Below, piece by piece: positions 10,568-18,001 of a stretch of DNA of 27,495 bases. The stretch spans positions 1-27,495 of IMG/VR virus record IMGVR_UViG_3300021318_000003. One strand, given 5' to 3'. Each line of letters starts with the position of its first letter. The stretch's first letter is position 1. A program made the position numbers and the translations under genes. Below the pieces are notes generated by a model, which did not search any database, was not told the origin of the DNA, and was given only the letters and a program-made list of their open reading frames with translations. The DNA is from a virus. Taxonomy: Duplodnaviria; Heunggongvirae; Uroviricota; Caudoviricetes.

Positions 10568-10858
10568 ATGTCGCAGGCACATCTTGGCAGTTTCAACGGG
10601 ACAGTAACGCCAAACGTCAATATGCTTGACATCTTCAAGGCAAACGAGATCGCCGACAATCCCAACAGCATCCTCAACTACGGCGACCTCGTGCTCAAGA
10701 AGTTCGGCATATCCTGTCCCGCTGGTACTGTGGTTTCCATCAACGGGAAGAAAATCCCGATTTTTACCGGCGTTTTTGAGCTGGGTATGAACCAAATCGA
10801 CATCGTTTCGCTCGTGTTTGAGAGCGCGGTCGACGTCAACATCTACTATATGTTCTGA
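10568..10858 (+). CDS. Hypothetical protein
   Basis: 96 aa, GAGGAGG RBS, tight operon spacing. Confidence 0.7.
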   Translation: MSQAHLGSFNGTVTPNVNMLDIFKANEIADNPNSILNYGDLVLKKFGISCPAGTVVSINGKKIPIFTGVFELGMNQIDIVSLVFESAVDVNIYYMF

Positions 10859-10872
10859 GGAGGTGAGAAGCG

Positions 10873-11253
10873 ATGGCAGACCAGAGCTTTTTCCCCAACA
10901 ATGGCTCCGGCGGCGGTGGTGGCAGCGGCACGACCAACTACAACGACCTCACCAACCGCCCCGTGACCAACCTCGCTGGCAGCGGCATCGTCATTTCCGG
11001 TCTCTCCACCGGCGTCTACAACATCGACGGCACATGGAAGATGACCGCAGACGACGCGGAGCGCACGACCGAGAAGGACGACCTCTTCTATGTGAAGAAC
11101 GACGCATCCGGCAGCCACCTCACTTGGGTTACGGCCGGCAAGATCTATACGTTCTCCGTCGTTGCGGGCGGAACCGCAGCGGACATCGAGGAGGGCGAGC
11201 TTGCATCCACCGATGACATTACCGACGCGCTCGTCGGCAACTTCGGCGACTAA
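10873..11253 (+). CDS. Hypothetical fibre-associated protein with N-terminal FP-poly-Gly motif
   Basis: 126 aa, GGAGGTGA RBS; starts MADQSFFPNNGSGGGGGSG then 'TTNYNDLTNRP', a motif common in tail fibres. Confidence 0.65.
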   Translation: MADQSFFPNNGSGGGGGSGTTNYNDLTNRPVTNLAGSGIVISGLSTGVYNIDGTWKMTADDAERTTEKDDLFYVKNDASGSHLTWVTAGKIYTFSVVAGGTAADIEEGELASTDDITDALVGNFGD

Positions 11254-11258
11254 GAGCG

Positions 11259-11523
11259 CTTCGTTTGAAACCTGCTTCGCTGGGCTTTCAAACGAGGGGA
11301 TTTCGCTGCGCTGCGCGCACGCCTGACGGCGCACCTATCACCGTTGCGCCAGCCGCTTCCCGCTTCCCTTTGGTCGCAGCAAGCGGGGCGCTGCCTCGAA
11401 ACAGCCTCGCTTGCACCGCCACTGGCGGCGCTTCGGCTGTTTCCACTTCGCGCAAAGAGAAATTTCCGCCGCGCATGTCGTCGGAAATTTCAAATCAAGT
11501 TCATTTCCGCCTGCTGGCGGAAA
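11259..11523. repeat. Intergenic cluster of stem-loops (REP-like)
   Basis: TCGTTTGAAA 11261-11270 / TTTCAAACGA 11286-11295; GAAACAGCC 11398-11406 / GGCTGTTTC 11435-11443; AAATTTCCG 11460-11468 / CGGAAATTT 11482-11490; TTTCCGCC 11504-11511 / GGCGGAAA 11516-11523. Confidence 0.7.
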
Positions 11524-11552
11524 AATAAAATATGAGAAAGGATGATACTACT

Positions 11553-12647
11553 ATGGCTAAACTCGTTTACAAAGGTTTGAAGGCGAACCTGCCCGTCTCC
11601 CGCAACGCCGACTCTTTCTATCTCTGCACCGATACCCGCGAGCTGTACTTCGGCATGAACCTCTATACGGAGGCTGTGCGGCTGTTTACCTCCGCAGACC
11701 TCGGCACCGCGCGCGACCTGCCCGCGAGTGACGCGCTGACCGCGAAGGGCGTCGTCTACTTCGACCTTGCCGACAACTCCGGCTGGGTGCGCAACTTCGA
11801 CGTGACGCTCGGCGATCCCGGCGACTGGGTTTGCGTCATCGCCTCCACTGAGAGCATGACCTATCAGATCCGCAAGCTCTCCACGCCGACGAGCGGCGCG
11901 TTCGCGACCTACGCGCTCTTCCAGGGCGGCGTTCAGGTTCCGACGACCGACCCGACCAAGAACTGCGTCATCGACATTCCGAAGGACTTCCTGCTCAAGG
12001 ACGCCAAGCTCGACGTCGTGACGGCTGCTGACAAGGCGGCGGGCGGTAAGTTCGAGAATGACGATCGCTTCGCCGAGGGCGACCAGTACATCGACTTCAC
12101 CGTCAACACTCGCACGCTTATCAAGGCGACCGGCACCTACGTCGCCGGCACGATCTACTATCAGGACGAGGCCGGTACGCTGCTCGTCGACACCACCGGC
12201 TTTGAGGAGGGCGTGACCGACGTTTCCGCGTACTACGTCGTGGACGGCAGCACCGAGAGCCACATCTATCTGAACGTCAAGGATCTCGGCATCGCGCTCA
12301 AGGCCGGCGTCGGCATTGAGATCGTCGGCACGGACAACGACGAAATCTCCATCAAGATCGACTCTGCGCACGCCAACGGTCTTGCCGTTGATACGGACGG
12401 ACTCAAGCTCGGCATGGCGGCGGCTGCGACCACGCAGTATGTCGCAGCGACGGGCGATGTGCAGTCCGGCGTGACCTACTACTCCGACGATGTTGGCACG
12501 GTTGCCGACCCGCAGCCCAACGTCGGCGACCCCGCTACCGGCTACTATGTCGCCGAGGCGGTCGCCGCGAAGAACGGCGCGATGAGCGGCGTGGACAAGG
12601 AGCACCTTGACATCGCCTACGACGCTATCCTCGTCGGCAGCTTCTAA
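11553..12647 (+). CDS. Putative tail fibre/side-fibre protein
   Basis: 364 aa from ATG 11553 (GAAAGGA RBS; track start 11532); N-terminal 'FYLCTDTRELYFG' fibre-type motif; two internal repeats (TGTYVAGTIYYQDEAGT..YYV / TGDVQSGVTYYSDDVGT..YYV). Confidence 0.6.
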   Translation: MAKLVYKGLKANLPVSRNADSFYLCTDTRELYFGMNLYTEAVRLFTSADLGTARDLPASDALTAKGVVYFDLADNSGWVRNFDVTLGDPGDWVCVIASTESMTYQIRKLSTPTSGAFATYALFQGGVQVPTTDPTKNCVIDIPKDFLLKDAKLDVVTAADKAAGGKFENDDRFAEGDQYIDFTVNTRTLIKATGTYVAGTIYYQDEAGTLLVDTTGFEEGVTDVSAYYVVDGSTESHIYLNVKDLGIALKAGVGIEIVGTDNDEISIKIDSAHANGLAVDTDGLKLGMAAAATTQYVAATGDVQSGVTYYSDDVGTVADPQPNVGDPATGYYVAEAVAAKNGAMSGVDKEHLDIAYDAILVGSF

Positions 12648-12668
12648 GCCGCCGCGAGCGTAATCCAA

Positions 12669-12705
12669 AGGGGAGCTGTGAAATCTCATAGCTCCCCTAT
12701 TTTTT
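12669..12705 (+). terminator. Rho-independent terminator
   Basis: GGGGAGCTGTGA-aatc-TCATAGCTCCCC (12 bp, one G-U) followed by TATTTTTT. Confidence 0.75.
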
Positions 12706-12735
12706 AACCATTCAAAGAAAAGGGGGTAGAAGACT

Positions 12736-15156
12736 ATGCCGAATACTTTTGCGCATTTCGCTACGGCGACCAAAAGCAAGGCAAAAAACTACACTACTGT
12801 CCCGATCGACAACGGTTTGTTCCTCATTCTGACCGATACGAAGCAGCTTTGCTACGACTTCGGCGGTACGCGGCTTTTCCTTGGCGACATCGAGGAAATC
12901 GAAACCGAAGAGGCGCGTGAGGCCATCGTCTCGCCGCTCGACAAGTTCTATTTTGTCCGCGAGGATACGAAGCTCTGGCGCTATATCGGCGGCGAGTGGC
13001 ACTTCTGGGCGGATGGTGAGAGCGCAAGCGAGCACATCGAGCAGACGATTCTTTCCACGAACGGCGTCCACGGTTTGAAGTACAACGCTGCGACCGGCGT
13101 TCTCTCGTATCTTGACGCGAACGATGACTGGCAGACGCTTCTTGTGGGCGATTCCTCCGTTGTGCTCGCGACGCTGCTTTCATCCGGTTGGACTGGCAAC
13201 GAGCAGACCGTGACGGTTAGCGGCGTCGACTCCGCTACCAACGGTACGGCGGGACTTACGCAGGACATTACGACGGCGGCATACGAGGCGGCGTGCGACG
13301 CGGCTTTGCGCGTTTCCGCTCAGGGTACGGACAGTGTTACCATCACCGCGATGGGCGACGTGCCGAGCGTCGATATTCCAATCGCCGTTATCATCTTCCC
13401 GCAAGGAAGCGCCGCTGGTGGCGGCGGGAGCTGGGCGAGTGCCGCCGACCTTGGCGACGTCTCTCAGTTGACGACGACCAACAAATCCAGCGCGGTCGAG
13501 GCAATCAATGAGCTGGACAACGGCAAGGTCGATAAGGTCAGCGGCAAGGGGCTTTCCACCGAGGATTTCACAACGGCTGAGAAAAACAAGCTCGGCGACA
13601 TCGAGGCGGAGGCGCAGAAGAACGTGCAGGCGGATTGGGAGGAGGACGACGATGCGGCGGATTCCTACATCCAGAACAAGCCGACGCTCGGCACAGCGGC
13701 GGCTAAAAACTCCACCGACCATGTTCAACCGAACAGCCATGACCTTGTGGAGAGTATCGCGGTCTATTCTGCCATCAACAACGCCCTGTCGAGCATCTAC
13801 ACGCCGCGTGGCGACCTTGCATGCGCCAGCCTGACTTCCGCCTTGCTTATCGAAGCGAATGTCGGCAACGTGTATCAGATGACCGACAGCGGCACGACAA
13901 CCGCGCTGTTTTTGCAGGGTGCCGGACAGACCATCAACATCGGCGACAACGTGGGTATCATCAAGGCGGGAGCAAACACCTATCTGTTCAATCTGATGGG
14001 AAACGCCTTTGACCTGCACGACTATCAGACGAAAGCCCTTGCAACGGCTATTGCGGGTGCGTCCACGGTTGAGGGTGCTTTGAGTGCGCTTGATACCGTG
14101 AAATTGAGCGGTATGGCAACTATTCTGACATCCGCAGACGATATTGACGCGCTTAATACGGTCGGCGTTTATGCGTGGGCGAGCAATTCTTTACCCGCAA
14201 ACGTACCCGATAACATCGGTTACTGCATCATGTTCCATGTTCGCGGCGCGGCAGGCGGCAATAATGAACAGCAATACATTCTCAAAGGGTCTGGCGGAAA
14301 CCTTATTATGAGGTCATTGGCGACCGTTTCTCCGCGTGTGTGGGGCGAATGGCACGATTTGACCCCTGTTGATTCCATAACAGACGGCAATATGCGGCCG
14401 GCCACCTCGAACGCGGTGTACAACGCGATCCAAGCTCTGCCGAGCACGGCTGTTCTCGGCGCGGCGCGTATGCACGCGAACATCTATCGCGGTAAGTACC
14501 TCGGCTCGTCCGTTACGGCGGAGCAGTACGCGGCTATCAGTGCGGGTACGTTTGACGACCTCTACATCGGCGACTACTGGACGATCGGCGGCGTAAACTG
14601 GCGCATTGTGGATTTCGACTACTGGTACGGCAAGGGCGATACCGCCTGCTCGACGCACCACGTCGTCATCGTCCCCGACACGAACCTCTACACCGCGAAG
14701 ATGAACGACTCCAACGTCACGACGGGCGGTTACATCGGCTCGCAGATGTATACGGCAAACCTCGCAAACGCCAAGACCACCATCAACAGCGCGTTTGGTT
14801 CGGCGCATATCCTCTCGAAGCGCGAGCTGTTCACGAATACGGTCTCGAACGGCATCCCGACCGCAGGCGCGTGGGTGGATTCGACCGTTGACCTGATGAA
14901 CGAGATCAACGTCTACGGCTCGTATATCTTTACGCCCGCCAACAATGGCACGACCATTCCGTACATCTACACTATCGACACGACGCAGTTTGCGCTGTTC
15001 CGGCTCGACCCGACGCGCATCTGCAACCGCTCGGCCTGGTGGTTGCGCGACGTTGTTTCTGCGGCGTGTTTCGCTTTTGTCGACGGCCGCGGCTATGCGG
15101 GCTGCCGCGGCGCTTCCGGCGCTCTTGGCGTGCGTCCGGCTTTCGCTATCAAGTAA
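12736..15156 (+). CDS. DGR target 1: tail-fibre-type receptor-binding protein with C-terminal variable (predicted C-type-lectin-fold) domain
   Basis: 806 aa; fibre motifs LGDVSQLTTTNKSSAVEAINEL, KVDKVSGKGLSTEDFT, NVQADW..YIQNKP; knob-like segment; C-terminal 'DDLYIGDYWTIGG...WWLRD...GVRPAF' carrying VR1. Confidence 0.9.
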   Translation: MPNTFAHFATATKSKAKNYTTVPIDNGLFLILTDTKQLCYDFGGTRLFLGDIEEIETEEAREAIVSPLDKFYFVREDTKLWRYIGGEWHFWADGESASEHIEQTILSTNGVHGLKYNAATGVLSYLDANDDWQTLLVGDSSVVLATLLSSGWTGNEQTVTVSGVDSATNGTAGLTQDITTAAYEAACDAALRVSAQGTDSVTITAMGDVPSVDIPIAVIIFPQGSAAGGGGSWASAADLGDVSQLTTTNKSSAVEAINELDNGKVDKVSGKGLSTEDFTTAEKNKLGDIEAEAQKNVQADWEEDDDAADSYIQNKPTLGTAAAKNSTDHVQPNSHDLVESIAVYSAINNALSSIYTPRGDLACASLTSALLIEANVGNVYQMTDSGTTTALFLQGAGQTINIGDNVGIIKAGANTYLFNLMGNAFDLHDYQTKALATAIAGASTVEGALSALDTVKLSGMATILTSADDIDALNTVGVYAWASNSLPANVPDNIGYCIMFHVRGAAGGNNEQQYILKGSGGNLIMRSLATVSPRVWGEWHDLTPVDSITDGNMRPATSNAVYNAIQALPSTAVLGAARMHANIYRGKYLGSSVTAEQYAAISAGTFDDLYIGDYWTIGGVNWRIVDFDYWYGKGDTACSTHHVVIVPDTNLYTAKMNDSNVTTGGYIGSQMYTANLANAKTTINSAFGSAHILSKRELFTNTVSNGIPTAGAWVDSTVDLMNEINVYGSYIFTPANNGTTIPYIYTIDTTQFALFRLDPTRICNRSAWWLRDVVSAACFAFVDGRGYAGCRGASGALGVRPAFAIK
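15026..15147 (+). repeat. DGR variable repeat VR1
   Basis: 122-bp ungapped match to 15933-16054; 22 mismatches, each opposite a TR adenine. Confidence 0.97.
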
Positions 15157-15164
15157 TCTCCAAT

Positions 15165-15185
15165 CCCCGCCCCTTGTGGGCGGGG
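15165..15185 (+). other. DGR target-recognition hairpin 1
   Basis: CCCCGCCC-cttgt-GGGCGGGG, 8 nt after the target stop; a GC hairpin 3' of VR is a known DGR cis element. Confidence 0.8.
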
Positions 15186-15330
15186 TCGATTACTTGTTTT
15201 TATCGCCGTTTCGCTCGCCCCTGACGGGGCAACCGCGAAACATGGCTGAGTCCCAGCATCCGAATAGCTGGGACTGCCGCAGCGCACAACACCAGATGGG
15301 CGGGGATTGCCGCAGAAGGGAGGCGAGGCT

Positions 15331-15900
15331 GTGTCAAACGTGCCATTGAGCCGGAGGAAGGAATCCAGATTTGAGGCGCAGCACCACTTTTACAAGCTGC
15401 GCGACAGCGTGACGGAGCTGATGTTCTACAACTTCGGGTTTTCCGAGGAGAAGTACGCGAAGAAGATCGAGCGGTATCGCTCCATGCACGCGGCGAACGA
15501 CAACGTGGATGAGCTGACCGAGCGCTGGGAGCAGAAAAGCCGCGCGATGACCCGATGGTTCATCGACAAGGAGAAGGACGCGGTGCTCGCCATTCTTCGC
15601 AATATCGAATCCGAGTTTACGTTTGGCAATTCGATCTATCCGTCCGAGACGCCCGCCAAGGAGGACGAGTTCCGCGAGCGGCGGAAGCACATCGACGCCG
15701 CAATCGCGCAATGCTATGTGCTCAAGCAGGAGATCCACTACATTATCCGCACGCTGCCCGTCGACCTGAACCGATATGCGAGATTCGCGGATATGATCGA
15801 CGCGCAGGTGGCGCTCTACAAGGGCGTGCGGACGGCGGACAACCGGCTTTTGAAGCCGAAGGGCAGGAAGAACACACAGAAAAACGGTGAAAACGGCTGA
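15331..15900 (+). CDS. avd: DGR accessory variability determinant (Avd-like) 1
   Basis: 189 aa from GTG 15331 (GGAGG upstream); N-terminus SNVPLSRRKESRFE, helical, sits between target and TR. Confidence 0.8.
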   Translation: MSNVPLSRRKESRFEAQHHFYKLRDSVTELMFYNFGFSEEKYAKKIERYRSMHAANDNVDELTERWEQKSRAMTRWFIDKEKDAVLAILRNIESEFTFGNSIYPSETPAKEDEFRERRKHIDAAIAQCYVLKQEIHYIIRTLPVDLNRYARFADMIDAQVALYKGVRTADNRLLKPKGRKNTQKNGENG

Positions 15901-15932
15901 AATAAGCCGCTTCATAGGGCATGGCTTGAATG

Positions 15933-16054
15933 ACCGCTCGAACTGGTGGTTGCGCGACGTTGTTTCTGCGGCGAATTTCGCTAATGTCAACAGCAACGGC
16001 AATGCGAACTACAACGGCGCTTCCAACGCTAATGGCGTGCGTCCGGATTTCGAT
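15933..16054 (+). ncRNA. DGR template repeat TR1
   Basis: Non-coding, between avd and RT; 10 AAC/AAT codons in the VR frame (RSNWWLRDVVSAANFANVNSNGNANYNGASNANGVRPDF); 26 adenines. Confidence 0.95.
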
Positions 16055-16275
16055 GGCGTCAGATAAGACCTCGTGAGATAGGCAAGACGCCCGATGCGAA
16101 AGGAAGCCATGTCCTTCTTCCGCGCTTTCCGCGCGGGGTAAATGCAAGCGCCTGACGGCGGAGCCGCGCCGTGCCGGTTTGGCTTATGGGAACGGATGCG
16201 TCTGTCTCCCTGCACGAGTCTTAACCCCGCGAGGGGAGCACGGCAATATTCCACAGGAGGCGGAGTGTTAAGGAA

Positions 16276-17433
16276 ATGTCAACGATTTGCGACATGAACG
16301 TGCTGTACGACGCCTTCCGCGCGTCGATGCGGAGCAGCCCGTGGAAGGAGGAGCCGCAGCGGTTCGAGACGGATTTCCTCTCGGAAATCAACCGGCTGCG
16401 GCACGAGCTGGCGGAGAAGACCTATCAGACCTCGCAGGGTTCGGACTTCCTCTTGAACGAGCGCGGGAAAACGCGGCACGTCCACGGCGGCAGGATGCGC
16501 GACCGCGTGGTGCGCCACGCCCTTTGCGACGCGGTGCTCACGCCGAAGCTCGCGCCGTACATCATCCACAACAACTTCGCCTCGCAGACAGGCAAGGGTG
16601 TGGACGCGGCGAGGAAGGCGTTTGAACGCGATCTGCACAACTTCTACCTTGAGTACGGTGACAACAACGGATGGGTCTGTTTTATGGACTTCTCCAAGTA
16701 TTACGACAACATCCGGCACGACAAGGTGCTTGAAAAGATCGCTCCACATCTCGAAGAGGACGAGATGTGGCTTCTGGAGGAGATTTTGCGCGGGTTTCGC
16801 GTGGACGTTTCGTATCTGACGGACGAGCAGTATGCGGCGGCGCTGGACGAAAAATTCGATTCCGTGCGGTATCTTGCGGAGGTTTCCGAGGATATGAAAA
16901 CGGGCGGAAAATTTCTTCCGAAATCGCTGGACATCGGGGATCAGGTGTCGCAGAACATCGGCGTGTTCTTCCCGACCGAGATCGACAACTTCGTTACGGT
17001 CGTGAGGGGCTTCCGGCGCTACGGGCGGTATATGGACGATTCGTACCTCATCCATCGCGAGCGCGGGTATCTGGAGGATACGGTCGGGATGGTCGCTGAG
17101 ATCGCAAGGCGCGACGGGCTTTTTGTCAACGAGCGAAAAACGCACGTCACGCGGCTGGGCGACTGCTACACCTTCCTCAAAGTCCGCTATCGGCTGGAGG
17201 AGCGCGGACGTGTGCAGAAGCGCATCTGTCCCGAAGCCGTGACACGGGAGAGGCGGCGGCTGCGCGCGCACGCGAGGCTCGTGCGGGATGGTCGGATGCC
17301 GCGCGAGCAGTCCGATCAGGCGTTCCGCTCGTGGATGGGGCGATACGCCAAGATGATGTCGAGGAAGCAGCGTGCGGGTATCACGACGCTGTATCGGGAG
17401 CTTTTCGGCGCGGATGCTCCACGGTGGAAATAA
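16276..17433 (+). CDS. DGR reverse transcriptase 1
   Basis: 385 aa; RDRVVRHAL, MDFSKYYDNI, IGDQVSQ (DGR-type GxxxSQ) and YGRYMDD motifs. Confidence 0.95.
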   Translation: MSTICDMNVLYDAFRASMRSSPWKEEPQRFETDFLSEINRLRHELAEKTYQTSQGSDFLLNERGKTRHVHGGRMRDRVVRHALCDAVLTPKLAPYIIHNNFASQTGKGVDAARKAFERDLHNFYLEYGDNNGWVCFMDFSKYYDNIRHDKVLEKIAPHLEEDEMWLLEEILRGFRVDVSYLTDEQYAAALDEKFDSVRYLAEVSEDMKTGGKFLPKSLDIGDQVSQNIGVFFPTEIDNFVTVVRGFRRYGRYMDDSYLIHRERGYLEDTVGMVAEIARRDGLFVNERKTHVTRLGDCYTFLKVRYRLEERGRVQKRICPEAVTRERRRLRAHARLVRDGRMPREQSDQAFRSWMGRYAKMMSRKQRAGITTLYRELFGADAPRWK

Positions 17434-17460
17434 TTTTTGAAAAGAAGAAGGTGGTGAAGC

Positions 17461-17868
17461 ATGAGTCAAACCACAAACTACGGGCTTTATACCGAGGACG
17501 ACGCCACGACCAAGTTCTTGACGTGGCGGCAAAAAATGAACGGAACGGCGGAAACGAGCAATATGCAGATCATCGACCGCGTGCTCGGCGAAAAGGCGGA
17601 TTCCAGCACGCAGGTCACGGGCGTTCTGCGCGCGAACGCTTGGAGCGGCGTGGATGCTCCGTTTACGCAGACTGTCTCCGTTACAGGTCTCAAGGTCGGT
17701 CAGGCTGGCGACATCAACGTCAGCCAGAGCGCGACGTTTGAGCAGAGGCAGGTCGCGCGGGAAGCAATGCTCGCCGTTACGGGACAGGCGGCGGGGCAGC
17801 TTACGATCTCGGCGGACGGTGAGATGCCCGATCTGGACATTCCGTTTGTCGTGACGCTCCTGGGCTGA
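17461..17868 (+). CDS. Putative fibre adaptor protein; C-terminal domain homologous to an internal domain of target 1
   Basis: 135 aa, GAAGGTGGTG RBS; QTVSVTGL...LTISADGEMPDLDIPFVV aligns with target-1 QTVTVSGV...VTITAMGDVPSVDIPIAV. Confidence 0.75.
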   Translation: MSQTTNYGLYTEDDATTKFLTWRQKMNGTAETSNMQIIDRVLGEKADSSTQVTGVLRANAWSGVDAPFTQTVSVTGLKVGQAGDINVSQSATFEQRQVAREAMLAVTGQAAGQLTISADGEMPDLDIPFVVTLLG

Positions 17869-18001
17869 CGGCAGTACGGGCGGCACATTTCCGGAAGTGC
17901 CGCGCGGCGGCGCAGCCCTGAAAAACCAAAATGCTCCAAACGAGGCGTTCCAAAATCGACCTCGTTTTCCAAACCGTAAGAAAAAAGGAGGCACAGGCAA
18001 T

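Larger units (their letters stand above)
12736..17433 (+). mobile_element. Diversity-generating retroelement 1 (target-VR1, hairpin, avd, TR1, spacer, RT)
   Basis: All canonical DGR components in canonical order; TR/VR mismatches only at adenines. Confidence 0.97.

Noticed and set aside
7608-12647. Additional VR copies (extra DGR targets) in other tail genes
   Set aside because: By eye no other gene end matches TR1 or TR2; targets outside the window cannot be excluded.
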